A DNA stretch of 61,451 nucleotides from Deltaproteobacteria bacterium (GCA_019314525.1 JAFCZD010000026.1:1-61451), one strand, 5' to 3'; counted from the first letter of the stretch, positions 9,004 to 17,823 are shown. Notes: generated by a model not told the origin, from the sequence alone. A program made the numbers and translations.

Positions 9004-9083
9004 CGCTTTTATCGTGTGGAGTTGCCTGCTATTGCTCCGTTGCGGCCGATGCGCTCTATTGGTCCGCGACAGAAGGAGCGTTC

Positions 9084-9791
9084 ATGGGCGTTATGCGCGA
9101 GGTCAGTGGCGAGTACCACTCCAAGGGAGATTATCATCGCGAGCTTGATCGCTCGTGGCGTTACTACCCTGTCTATGAGGAAAAAATGGCCTACGTGCGT
9201 CGCTACCTCGACGCCGTGCCTCATGGCAGCAGCATCGTCGATGTTGGCTGTGGTGAAGGGCTCTTGGTGGAAGAGTATCGAGCCAAGGGCTATGAGATGC
9301 AGGGCGTCGACCTCAACTACGCCTCCGAGGCTGTGCGCCGCGGTGATATCACAGCGCTACCTGTGGACGATGCCAGCGTTGATCTTGCCCTCTGCCTCGA
9401 CGTCATCGAGCACCTCAACTTCTCACAACAGGGCCTCGCGCTCTTTGAGTTACATCGTGTATTGCGCTCTGGTGGCAAGCTGCTGCTCTCAGTGCCTAAC
9501 CTGGCACATTTCGCTTCTCGCCTGAGCTTCATGGTGCTCGGCCGGCTGATCCGCACATCGAGCATCGAGCGGCACCCTGGCGACCGACCCATCGGCGAGT
9601 ACCTGAAATTGGTGCGCGACATGGGCTTCAAGATCTCACGGCGTGACGGGATTTTCCCGACCTACCCTGGGGTTTCAGCGTTGACCGCCATCTCACCGCG
9701 TTGGGCGTTGCCTCTGCACCGCCTGCACAATCGCCTCGCCCCTCCCCCTGGTTTCTGCTTTTTGAACATGCTGGAACTCGTGAAGAGCTAG
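9084..9791 (+). CDS. Class I SAM-dependent methyltransferase.
   Basis: Motif I IVDVGCGEGLL, followed by acidic post-I and motif II regions (DLALCLDVIEHL, LRSGGKLLLSVPN). ATG 9084 is preceded by GAAGGAG 6 nt upstream. The first 70 codons of track ORF 8874.. overlap the kinase on the other strand and are rejected. Confidence 0.85.
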   Translation: MGVMREVSGEYHSKGDYHRELDRSWRYYPVYEEKMAYVRRYLDAVPHGSSIVDVGCGEGLLVEEYRAKGYEMQGVDLNYASEAVRRGDITALPVDDASVDLALCLDVIEHLNFSQQGLALFELHRVLRSGGKLLLSVPNLAHFASRLSFMVLGRLIRTSSIERHPGDRPIGEYLKLVRDMGFKISRRDGIFPTYPGVSALTAISPRWALPLHRLHNRLAPPPGFCFLNMLELVKS

Positions 9792-9961
9792 CTGCGGGAG
9801 GTCAGGTCGTTTGCCATTTTGGCAGAGGGCTTGGCGCGAGTGCGACAAGGATGCACTCAGGTAGCCTTCCTTTACCCTGGCACTAAACCTAAGGCATTGA
9901 TTTGTATAGGCGTATGGCATCGCTCGGCGAGTGGCATTGGATATGCTAGGTTGAGCCCTGT

Positions 9962-11290
9962 ATGAGTGCATCTCCTTCACGGAGCCTTTGGGCTCGCATC
10001 ACCAGCCGCCTGAGGCGGCGCCCTCCGCGTCGTGAGGAGGGCATGGCCTTGATCATGGTGGTGGTGATGTTGGCGGTGATCGGCGCCTCGGCCGCAGATT
10101 TCTCCTACAACGCTCGTGTGGACTTCGCTAGCGCCATCAACGCTCGTGAAAGCCTCCGCGCCCATTATCTGGCTCGCTCGGCGATCAACCTCGCCAAGCT
10201 CCCCCTGCGTTTGCAGCAGCAGATGATCGATCGCGACTTCTATCGGAATCGTGGTCGCTTTGGCATGGACATCCAGCTTACCGACTATATCCCGCTCCTG
10301 CTCCAGGCTTTCAAGTCCCGTGAGGACGCTGAGGGGCTCATGAGCATGTTTGGCGTTGCGGCGGGTGGCATCAAAGGGCTCGGTGTGGGCAAGCACGAAG
10401 ACTTTGACCTCGAGCTCGAGCCCCTCGACGGGCGCATCAACGTCAACTGCGCCGGTGGTGGCGCCAACGCCGGCGCCCCTGCTGTCAGCCGCACTGCGGC
10501 CTCGTTGGCGGCGATGATGATGCCTTTGCGTTACAACTGGCTCTTCGAACGCGCTGACAAGGATGGGCAGTACAACGATCGTGCGACGGTGATGCGCGGT
10601 CTCATCGATTGGGCCGATCAAGATCGGCAAATGTATGGCTCATCAGCCCCAGAGGATTACCAGTACAACCGGGGCAAGGACCCTTACGAGGTCAAGGACA
10701 ACTACTACGACACCATCGAGGAGCTGCGGCTGGTTCGCGGCGTCGACGAGCTCTTTATGAACGCCTTTGGCAAGCAGCTCACAGTGTATGGTCGCTGTAA
10801 GGTGAGCGTGAGCCTCGCCGACATACCTACGCTGATGGCGCTGATCATGCAGTACGCCGAGGCACCTCATGACCCAGGCCTCGAGATCCGCAACCTCACA
10901 CTCTTGGCCCACTACCTGGTGCAGATCCGTGAGCTGATGGGAGGGAAGTTTTTGCGCATCGGCGACTTCCGTGAGGCATGCGCTGACCCCATGGCGTGGC
11001 TGCAGAAGGCCACCGCCCAAGATAGCTTGCTCCAAGCCATCAGCGGCGAGAGCAATGAGATGCAGTCTTCACTCCCCCGAGTGACGGGAGTGAAGCTCAG
11101 CCCTAAGCTCGGTGACGTCGCGTTTGGTTCCTACGCTCAACGGATCTTTCGTGTCATCGCCAAGGCCAAGGTGGGGAAAGTAGAAAAGCGCATCATCGCC
11201 ATTTGGGACCAGAACCACATCTCTTCCCAGGCCGGGCCGGGGGGGCGCCATACAGGATCTGGGGGCTTTGTCTACTGGCGGGAGGAGTAA
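9962..11290 (+). CDS. gspK: Type II secretion minor pseudopilin GspK-like protein.
   Basis: N-terminus [30 protein letters not shown] (pseudopilin-like hydrophobic helix). Central segment [37 protein letters not shown] matches the conserved GspK core pattern (ED..Y...PY..KN..F.T.EEL.LV.GV). Confidence 0.6.
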   Translation: MSASPSRSLWARITSRLRRRPPRREEGMALIMVVVMLAVIGASAADFSYNARVDFASAINARESLRAHYLARSAINLAKLPLRLQQQMIDRDFYRNRGRFGMDIQLTDYIPLLLQAFKSREDAEGLMSMFGVAAGGIKGLGVGKHEDFDLELEPLDGRINVNCAGGGANAGAPAVSRTAASLAAMMMPLRYNWLFERADKDGQYNDRATVMRGLIDWADQDRQMYGSSAPEDYQYNRGKDPYEVKDNYYDTIEELRLVRGVDELFMNAFGKQLTVYGRCKVSVSLADIPTLMALIMQYAEAPHDPGLEIRNLTLLAHYLVQIRELMGGKFLRIGDFREACADPMAWLQKATAQDSLLQAISGESNEMQSSLPRVTGVKLSPKLGDVAFGSYAQRIFRVIAKAKVGKVEKRIIAIWDQNHISSQAGPGGRHTGSGGFVYWREE

Positions 11291-11712
11291 ACCTCCAAAG
11301 CGAGCCGCAAGATTTTGGCGTGGTCGAAGGCGAGCGTTGGGGTGTCTTGGGCTGGAAACCAGTCCGCCGCTTGAGCGTCGCTTCCCGCCCGAAGAGGGTG
11401 CTCGGAGATTTTCACCGAGGCGTAGTAGACCACAGAGACGGTGCGGCCTCGGGGGTCACGGCCCACATCTCCGAAGGTGAAGAGCTGCTGCAAAGGGACG
11501 TTTTCTTGCAGCCCTGTCTCTTCATGGAGCTCTCGTAAGGCTGCATCCTGGAGGTCTTCCTCCATGTTCACAAAACCGCCGGGCAGCGCCCACTGGCCTG
11601 CAAAGGGTTCGAGATCGCGCTGAATGAGCAGCACCTTGAGATCGTCCTCACCCACACCAAAGATGACACAATCAACGGTGAGCGCCGGGCGGGGATATTT
11701 GTAGGTTGGCAT
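11272..11712 (-). CDS. NUDIX hydrolase.
   Basis: Nudix box [24 protein letters not shown]. 146 aa. The 3' end overlaps the gspK-like 3' end by 19 bp (convergent). Confidence 0.9.
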   Translation of the reverse strand: MPTYKYPRPALTVDCVIFGVGEDDLKVLLIQRDLEPFAGQWALPGGFVNMEEDLQDAALRELHEETGLQENVPLQQLFTFGDVGRDPRGRTVSVVYYASVKISEHPLRAGSDAQAADWFPAQDTPTLAFDHAKILRLALEVYSSRQ

Positions 11713-11726
11713 GGATGGGCTCTTCC

Positions 11727-13190
11727 TCAGGGACAGCCGTCACAGAGGATTGTCCAGTTGAAATTGGCGCGTAGCTCTTGGACTAGATTGCAATGCACAG
11801 CCGAGGGTGCTGCTGTGTTCGACAGATCGAGCGTCTTTGGCTCGGTGGAGTGGTTCCAGCGAGCGTTGTGGATGTCCTGGATGATGGTGTCAACGTCCCA
11901 CATGGACAGCGGGTTATTCGCTAGGCTGATCTCAGTGATGAGGGACAACCCTAACAGAGCGCCTGGCTCGTATGCTGTGAACTGATTGAGTTCCAGATGA
12001 AGTTCTTTCAGGTTCGTCAGCTGTGAAAGAGCGCGTGGTATCCCCCCAAAGAGGTTGTTCTCTTCGAGGTGGAGCTTCTGAAGGTTGGTGAGCTGCCCAA
12101 GCTCGGCAGGGATCGGGCCCTCGAGAATATTTCCTTCGAGACGCAAACTGTTCAGCGCGCCAAGCTGCCCAATCGTCGCTGGAATGGGCCCAGATAGCTG
12201 ATTGTAGCGCAACGAGAGGCTCTGCAGGTTTGTGAGGTGCCCAATGGTGGGGGGGATATCCCCCCAAAGATCGTTGTTGCCAAAGGTCACAGAGAGCAGC
12301 GACACGAGATCGGCGATCTCGGGAGGGATGGGTCCTGAAAGCTTGTTTGTCGCAAGATTGAGGTCTTCCAACTTTGAAAGTCGCGTCAGTTCCAGCGGGA
12401 TGTCGCCGTCCAACGCATTGTTGGAGAGGTCGAGCAGGGTCAAGTTGGCCAGGTCGCCAAGTTGTGGCGGGATAGGCCCCAACAATGCCGTGTTTTGTGC
12501 GTGGAAACTCGTGACCACCGAAGGACCATCGACGCTCGTGATGAGCACCTGCTTTTCGCCTTGTTGGGCGTAGAGGTGGTCTACTTTGTTGCCATTGATG
12601 GTGGTCCCATCACCCAAATCCCACTGCAGGACGCCACGGCTCACGATCGCTTCAGGGTCGAAATGAGACGGACCGAGCGATGTGGTCACCAGCACTAAGA
12701 TAACGCCACTTGGAAGACTCCCGTCGGGCCCAGGGAGGATGCTGTCGGCGCTGGGGATGATGCTGTCGGCGGTGGGGATGATGCTGTCGGCGGTGGGGAT
12801 GATGCTGTCGGCGGTGGGTGGGTTTGTGTCAGCAACCCAGACATCGGGCTCCACCTGTGCATCTCCGCCATCGAGTCCAGCGGTGCTATCGGCTGTGGTG
12901 TCAGCTGCCCAATCATCAACCTGGAAATCATCAAGCTGGAAATCATCGCCACCACTATCGAGACCAGGGGTGCTCTTGTCAGCTACCGCGTCGTTAGCCC
13001 GAAGGTCGTGCCATGTGTCGTGATCTAACCCCTCGAAGGATGGCGTGAAAGTGTCTGCGAGCCCACCGTCCACAGGATCGACAGGGATCGCAGGACTATA
13101 GGAAGCCAGCCCCTGGCAGCCCATGAGCACAAAGCTCAGCAGCAGTACGCTGCACGGGCGCAGGTGACGATCTCTGCCCAAATGGAACAT
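11727..13190 (-). CDS. Lipoprotein with a PTADSII heptad repeat, a PKD-like segment and eight 24-residue plant-specific-type leucine-rich repeats.
   Basis: Signal peptide plus lipobox [12 protein letters not shown] units such as [24 protein letters not shown] and [24 protein letters not shown] fit LxxLxxLxLxxNxLSGxIPxxLGx. Confidence 0.85.
   Translation of the reverse strand: MFHLGRDRHLRPCSVLLLSFVLMGCQGLASYSPAIPVDPVDGGLADTFTPSFEGLDHDTWHDLRANDAVADKSTPGLDSGGDDFQLDDFQVDDWAADTTADSTAGLDGGDAQVEPDVWVADTNPPTADSIIPTADSIIPTADSIIPSADSILPGPDGSLPSGVILVLVTTSLGPSHFDPEAIVSRGVLQWDLGDGTTINGNKVDHLYAQQGEKQVLITSVDGPSVVTSFHAQNTALLGPIPPQLGDLANLTLLDLSNNALDGDIPLELTRLSKLEDLNLATNKLSGPIPPEIADLVSLLSVTFGNNDLWGDIPPTIGHLTNLQSLSLRYNQLSGPIPATIGQLGALNSLRLEGNILEGPIPAELGQLTNLQKLHLEENNLFGGIPRALSQLTNLKELHLELNQFTAYEPGALLGLSLITEISLANNPLSMWDVDTIIQDIHNARWNHSTEPKTLDLSNTAAPSAVHCNLVQELRANFNWTILCDGCP
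12738..12821 (-). repeat. 21-bp in-frame tandem repeat, about 4 copies (encodes PTADSII).
   Basis: gatgctgtcggcggtggggat is repeated head to tail, with the first and last copies slightly diverged. Confidence 0.8.
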
Positions 13191-13246
13191 AGATCCAATT
13201 ATGCCATAGTCACGCGTTCTTTGCTGATTCTTTGCAGAAGGGGAGG

Positions 13247-14017
13247 CTAGATCAACAAGCCGATCTCACGAGCATTTTCGACGATCGACGTGACCACTGA
13301 GAGGCTCAGCCTCGCTTGCTCTGCGGCTTGCTCTGCGGTGACCCCTTCAACACCCATCTTCAACGCGAAGAGCAGCGCATCGTTCGCCGGATAGAAGACC
13401 GCCATGTGGTCTCGCGGTTCACGGAAGACGAAGATGCGCTCAGGGGAGGGTGTTGTTGTTGTCGGCAGCGTGGGAATCGGGTCACCGTCCTCGCGAGCCC
13501 GAAAAGCCTTGAGCACCGCCGCCACAGGATAGGATAGCTCAAGGATCGCCAATGTTGGGTTGAGCTGTGGAGTTTCGAGGGTCGTCGCGACCTCGCGTTC
13601 ATCGGCGTAGCAGGCGAACTCCTGCCATTCCAGACGCGCCAACTCGACGAGGGCCGGGTTCAGGCCTTCATCTCCGGCGGTGATGCGCTCTTCCAGGAAG
13701 TCGGCGAACGATGCCACACAGGCGTTGAGCTCAAAGTCATGGGCTGGCCTCTCGTGAAAAAAGCGCTGGACCAACGCCTCCCAGCGCGTCTTTGGCAGCA
13801 GCGCTGCTACAGACTCATAGTTCGACGCCAGAGCGTCAATGATGGGGTCCTTGACGAAATCCTGGTAGGACATGAGGCAGGGGATGGTTTTGGGTTTCAC
13901 CCCGAGGCGTTGCGCGATCTGCTCTGGACTGGCGTTGCCTCGTAGCAGATCATGCATGGTTTCTACCACTGCCTGTAGTGAAGTGTCCTGGCATTGCACT
14001 TGTTTCGGCATCATCAT
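13247..14017 (-). CDS. DUF2063-type protein (HvfC/BufC/MbnC-like partner of DUF692 enzymes).
   Basis: It lies immediately after the DUF692 gene. The N-terminal half (YQDFVKDPIIDALASNYESVAALLPKTRWEALVQRFFHERPAHDFELNACVASFADFL) fits the DUF2063 pattern. Three consecutive ATGs sit at 14017..14009. GGAGGAG abuts the first one, so the third ATG (14011) may be the real start. Confidence 0.7.
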   Translation of the reverse strand: MMMPKQVQCQDTSLQAVVETMHDLLRGNASPEQIAQRLGVKPKTIPCLMSYQDFVKDPIIDALASNYESVAALLPKTRWEALVQRFFHERPAHDFELNACVASFADFLEERITAGDEGLNPALVELARLEWQEFACYADEREVATTLETPQLNPTLAILELSYPVAAVLKAFRAREDGDPIPTLPTTTTPSPERIFVFREPRDHMAVFYPANDALLFALKMGVEGVTAEQAAEQARLSLSVVTSIVENAREIGLLI

Positions 14018-14023
14018 CTCCTC

Positions 14024-14887
14024 CTACGCCGCCGAGGCGCGCGCACGACCAAGCGCCTGCGCTGCTGCATGGCGCACACGGTCATTCTCCTCGAGGAGCA
14101 CCTCCAGCGAAGGGATGTTGTTATCCCACTCCACCAGCGTCCAGGCAGTACCCAGTTGCAAGATGGCGTGCTGATAGAGCGCGAAGACCTCGGGGGCGAT
14201 ATGCGATCCGTGGGTGTCGATGATCATCTCGCCGGATGCGTCATGCCCGGCCATATGATATTGCAGCACCCGGCCAGTGGGCATACTCTCGATGAAGGCG
14301 TGGGCGTCGTAGCCATGGTTCGTGGCGTTGACGTAGACATTGTTGATGTCCAGGAGCAGTCCACAGTCGGCGCGGGTGACGACTTCGCGCACGAACTCCG
14401 CTTCGCTCATCTCTTTGCCGGGTAGTTCGAGATAGTAGCTCGGGTTTTCCAGCAGGAAGGGCAAGCGCACACGATCTTGGACCTGCTTGATCTTCTTCAC
14501 CACGTGGCGCACCGCCTCTTCGGTGAAGGGCAGGGGAATCAGGTCGTGATATTCCACGCCCCCATGGGCGGCCCAGCTCAGGTGGTCTGAAAACCATGGT
14601 GGGCGCACGAAGTCGATGAGCTGTGCGAGCTTTTCCAGGTAACGTTGGTTGAGTTCGCCGAGGCTGCCCAATGAGAGGGAGACGCCGTGGAGCACGATGG
14701 GTAGCCGCTCACGTGCCCGCTTCAGCACCTCCCGTGGGCGACCCCCGAAGGTCATGAAGTTCTCGCTGAGCACCTCGAGAAAGTCGACGCCAGGGTGGTG
14801 GTCGAGGATCTCATCAAAGTGTGGCCGGCGAAGACCAACGCCGAAAAGCTCTGTACTTTGTGTTTCTGCGGCTGGGCTCTTCATCAT
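14024..14887 (-). CDS. DUF692 family (MbnB/HvfB/BufB-like) multinuclear non-heme iron oxidase, TIM-barrel.
   Basis: FGVGLRRPHF...FLEVLSENF...LHGVSLSLGS...FSDHLSW...LLENPSYY...LLLDINNVYVNATNHG...QYHMAGH...IIDTHG matches the characteristic UPF0276/DUF692 motif series. Confidence 0.9.
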   Translation of the reverse strand: MMKSPAAETQSTELFGVGLRRPHFDEILDHHPGVDFLEVLSENFMTFGGRPREVLKRARERLPIVLHGVSLSLGSLGELNQRYLEKLAQLIDFVRPPWFSDHLSWAAHGGVEYHDLIPLPFTEEAVRHVVKKIKQVQDRVRLPFLLENPSYYLELPGKEMSEAEFVREVVTRADCGLLLDINNVYVNATNHGYDAHAFIESMPTGRVLQYHMAGHDASGEMIIDTHGSHIAPEVFALYQHAILQLGTAWTLVEWDNNIPSLEVLLEENDRVRHAAAQALGRARASAA

Positions 14888-14926
14888 CGGAGGCTTCCTT
14901 CAGGAACTGAGACGCAACACTAGTGG

Positions 14927-14955
14927 TCAAAACTGGGGCCCCGATGTGGGGCCCC
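14927..14955 (-). terminator. GC hairpin plus a short T run between the precursor and the modifying-enzyme genes (possible attenuator or partial terminator).
   Basis: GGGGCCCC (14935..14942) gatgt GGGGCCCC (14948..14955) gives an 8-bp self-complementary stem with a 5-nt loop. On the minus strand it is followed by AGTTTTGA. Confidence 0.4.
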
Positions 14956-15018
14956 GTTCACCTTATGCAGCGCAAACGGTGAGGAGCGCACTGCGACCTT
15001 TGGAGCGTTGTGGAAATT

Positions 15019-15267
15019 TCAGCTGCAGCTCTTCTTGCCGCACTTCTTGTCAGCGCCACCGCATTTCTTGTCAGCGCCCTTGCCCTTTTTGCCCTTTTTG
15101 CCCTTTTTCGCGGAGCCACATGAGCTCTTGCCACAGCTGAGGGCGGTACCCACGGCGCTCTTTCCCACGGCGGGGGTCGCCTGAGCGCTCTCCGCGTTGA
15201 GGGCAAGACCTGCAAAGGAAAATGACAGAGCGAGGGCGCCGGCTGAGAGTGTCTTTTTTAGGTTCAT
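15019..15267 (-). CDS. 82-aa secreted Lys/Gly/Cys-rich peptide; candidate RiPP precursor (HvfA/bufferin-like).
   Basis: ATG 15267 with AAGGAG 7 nt upstream. Signal peptide MNLKKTLSAGALALSFSFAGLALNAESAQA. Core TPAVGKSAVGTALSCGKSSCGSAKKGKKGKKGKGADKKCGGADKKCGKKSCS has 5 Cys (4 as Cys-Gly) and 15 Lys. The longer track ORF (to 15429) has an Arg-rich, implausible leader. Confidence 0.7.
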   Translation of the reverse strand: MNLKKTLSAGALALSFSFAGLALNAESAQATPAVGKSAVGTALSCGKSSCGSAKKGKKGKKGKGADKKCGGADKKCGKKSCS

Positions 15268-15488
15268 GTGAGGTCTCCTTTTTTGGCCCCGTGGGGCGTG
15301 AATCCTTCTGAATCGTCGGTGGCATGTTGTCGATGCGCACCTGATGTGTTGGTGGGTCGTGCTCGAAGCCACGAGATTACAGAGGCGTGGTCTTTTTTTG
15401 CGAGGACTCTGCTGGCCTGTTGTAGCCAACCAACACCTGTCGCAGCCAACACCTTGGCAGGCAGGCGCGGCGCGCCTACAATCCCCCC

Positions 15489-16691
15489 ATGGTGCGACTT
15501 GGCCTCATGTTTGTGTTCATCTCTTGCGTCGCAGCCCTGCCGGGCTGTTACATCTCCTCTTTTGATGACTCCACCCCGACCGATACCGACCAAGGTGTCG
15601 TGGAGTCCGATGGTGAGATCATCGTCGAGCCGGCCTATGGCGCTGAGGTGCGCATTGGACTGGGCGAGGATCCCGCCGGTTCAGAGGCTTTTGCCACCAT
15701 CGCCCCTGGGGGCAGCGTGACCTTCCATGGTGAGGTGCAGTGCTTTCCCGAGGGCGCCGTGTGCGAGATGGGCTGGACCTTCCCTGATGGCAAGGTGCCC
15801 GATACTCTCGAGCCGGGCGCGCGAACCTTCGCCGCGGGTTACCACCACATCGTGCTCACCGCGCGGACTGTGGGGGGCGAGGTGGTTGGCGAGGCCCACG
15901 CCTATATCGCCGCATGGACCGGTGAGCTTCGCGATGATTTCAACCGTGGCTCCATGGAGTGGGACCAGCGCGGCTGGGCGCACCCTGTTCGCCCTGACGT
16001 GGAGTATCTGATCAAGGACGAATGGCTCTACATCAAGCATGACATTCACGGACCAGGCTCCACCGGGCTGATGGCTTACCCCTCCATGCGTGACGCCCAT
16101 GTGGAGGTCACCGTGCGGCGTTATCCCAACCCACTGGAGATCCACTACATGGACGTGATCTTCCGCGCACATCCCCAACACCGCAACTATCGCTTCTATC
16201 GCGTGCGCGTCGATCAGAGCCAGGAAGACCAACAACAGGGGCTGCGCATCGCCATCTTCAAGGTCTACGACGAAGAAGACGAGCATGGGCTGTTGGTCAG
16301 CGATATCCAGCAGCCCGTGGATGCCTTCGACCAACTCTTGGAGTGTACGCAGCGTACGGACTGTGAGTCGCTGCCCGATGCTTGGGCCAAAAACTGCCAG
16401 CAGGGGCGCTGCGTACCGATTCAATGCCTTGGTTGCGCCGAGCTCGCCAACTTTGACCCCCCACGCATCCAAGACTTTCGCATCGTCATCGACTTTCGCG
16501 ACGAAGGCGGCCTCCCCACCTGGGATGTGCGGGTGGTGGACCCCCAAGACACGTCCACTGTCTTCATCGAGCAGATCGGCATCCAGGATACCAGCCCCAA
16601 CCCGCATCTCCACGCGGGCCTGGTGGGCTTGGCTCAGTTTGACCTCGAGACCTACTTCGACGACTTCTACGTGAGGAGCCTCGACCCATGA
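15489..16691 (+). CDS. Lipoprotein, uncharacterised (PKD-like N-terminal part, jelly-roll/LamG-like C-terminal part suspected).
   Basis: Signal peptide plus lipobox FISCVAALPGC. Long clean ORF with coding-like composition. The stop overlaps the next gene's start (ATGA at 16688..16691). Confidence 0.65.
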   Translation: MVRLGLMFVFISCVAALPGCYISSFDDSTPTDTDQGVVESDGEIIVEPAYGAEVRIGLGEDPAGSEAFATIAPGGSVTFHGEVQCFPEGAVCEMGWTFPDGKVPDTLEPGARTFAAGYHHIVLTARTVGGEVVGEAHAYIAAWTGELRDDFNRGSMEWDQRGWAHPVRPDVEYLIKDEWLYIKHDIHGPGSTGLMAYPSMRDAHVEVTVRRYPNPLEIHYMDVIFRAHPQHRNYRFYRVRVDQSQEDQQQGLRIAIFKVYDEEDEHGLLVSDIQQPVDAFDQLLECTQRTDCESLPDAWAKNCQQGRCVPIQCLGCAELANFDPPRIQDFRIVIDFRDEGGLPTWDVRVVDPQDTSTVFIEQIGIQDTSPNPHLHAGLVGLAQFDLETYFDDFYVRSLDP

Positions 16692-17713
16692 GCTGCTCTG
16701 TCTTCAGCCATCAGCGTGACAACCTCATTTCGACCAGCCGCCTTAGGGCGTTGTTGCTCACCATCGGCGTCTTGGGCATCGCTTGCAGTAGCGATGACCC
16801 CGTGCTTCCTGATAGCGCGCCCATGGAGCTTGGTGAACCTGATGCTCCAGACCAGGTCGACTTTGGCCCCGATATGGGCGCCGAGGTGCCCCTATCATGG
16901 GCCACCGTCAGCGCAGGCTCTTTCACCATGGGATCACCCGCGACAGAGCTTTGTCGCGTCTATGAAGAGGTGCAACACCCGGTGACCCTGACGCACGACT
17001 TCGAACTCTCCTCCACGGAGATCACCCAGGCGCAGTTCTTTCGCCTCATGGGCTACAACCCTTCGTTCTACGAACTCTGCGGTTCTCAATGCCCTGTGGA
17101 GAACACCAGCTGGCACGAGGCGGCTGCTTTGTGCAACGCGTTGTCGACGGAGGCGAGCCTGACGAGCTGCTACAGCTGTGAGGGTGTTGGCCCCGCCGTG
17201 CGCTGCACGCCCACCACGGCCAGCGCGGGCGCTGGCATCTATGCCTGTGAAGGGTATCGGCTGCCCACGGAGGCTGAGTGGGAATACGCCTACCGCGCTG
17301 GTGCTACCACGACCTATTACAACGGCGACATCCTGCGCTGCGTCGATGTGCGCAACGAGGCCGATTTCCCGAACCTAGAAGACGACCCTTTGCTGGACAA
17401 GGCAGCCTGGGCCATCGCCTGGTACGTCAGCAGCGCGGACGGTCAGATACGCGAGGCGGGGCAGAAAGCGCCCAACAGCTCGGGCCTCTACGATATGGCC
17501 GGGAATGTCTGGGAGTGGTGCAACGACTGGCGTGCGCCTTATCCTACAGCCGCCGTAAGTGACCCCGCAGGCCCCGCCACCGGTACCTATCGCATGCTGC
17601 GCGGGGGCGCTGCGGACAGCGCCGCGATGTATCTGCGTGCGGCCTATCGCCTGCAGCACTCTCCTGACTATCGCGACGGCTTCACCGGCATCCGAGTGGC
17701 TCGTACTCGTTGA
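16688..17713 (+). CDS. Formylglycine-generating-enzyme (FGE-sulfatase/SUMF1) domain lipoprotein.
   Basis: Lipobox LGIACS. Motifs FTMGSP, HPVTLTHDFELSSTEITQAQF, NTSWHEAAALCNALS, GYRLPTEAEWEYAYRAG, GLYDMAGNVWEWCNDW, RMLRGG and GFTGIRVAR. Confidence 0.85.
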   Translation: MSCSVFSHQRDNLISTSRLRALLLTIGVLGIACSSDDPVLPDSAPMELGEPDAPDQVDFGPDMGAEVPLSWATVSAGSFTMGSPATELCRVYEEVQHPVTLTHDFELSSTEITQAQFFRLMGYNPSFYELCGSQCPVENTSWHEAAALCNALSTEASLTSCYSCEGVGPAVRCTPTTASAGAGIYACEGYRLPTEAEWEYAYRAGATTTYYNGDILRCVDVRNEADFPNLEDDPLLDKAAWAIAWYVSSADGQIREAGQKAPNSSGLYDMAGNVWEWCNDWRAPYPTAAVSDPAGPATGTYRMLRGGAADSAAMYLRAAYRLQHSPDYRDGFTGIRVARTR

Positions 17714-17737
17714 GCAGAGGGTCTGCGTGAAAAGGGA

Positions 17738-17811
17738 CCCGTCATTCCCGTGAAACCCAAACCCGTCATCCCCGTGAAAACCGAAGCTGTCATCCCCGTG
17801 AAAACGGGGAT
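17738..17811. repeat. Three direct repeats at exact 24-bp spacing (GTCATyCCCGTGAAA core). The last copy forms an 8-bp hairpin with a GAAA loop. The element sits between convergent genes.
   Basis: gtcat occurs at 17741, 17765 and 17789. Hairpin: atccccgt (17792..17799), gaaa, acggggat (17804..17811). Confidence 0.6.
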
Positions 17812-17823
17812 CCAGGCGTTGGC

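Noticed and set aside
8874-9083. N-terminal 70-codon extension of the methyltransferase ORF.
   Set aside because: It overlaps the kinase gene on the opposite strand and lacks an RBS. The internal ATG 9084 has a GAAGGAG Shine-Dalgarno and begins the conserved region.
15440-15480. Possible sigma54 promoter (TTGGCAGGCAGGCGCGG) upstream of the lipoprotein gene 15489.
   Set aside because: The GG element is present, but the -12 TTGC element is not at the required spacing. It is too close to the ATG and too weak to call.
15681-16613. 310-aa minus-strand ORF inside the lipoprotein gene 15489..16691.
   Set aside because: It is an antisense shadow. The plus-strand product has a lipobox signal and normal composition.
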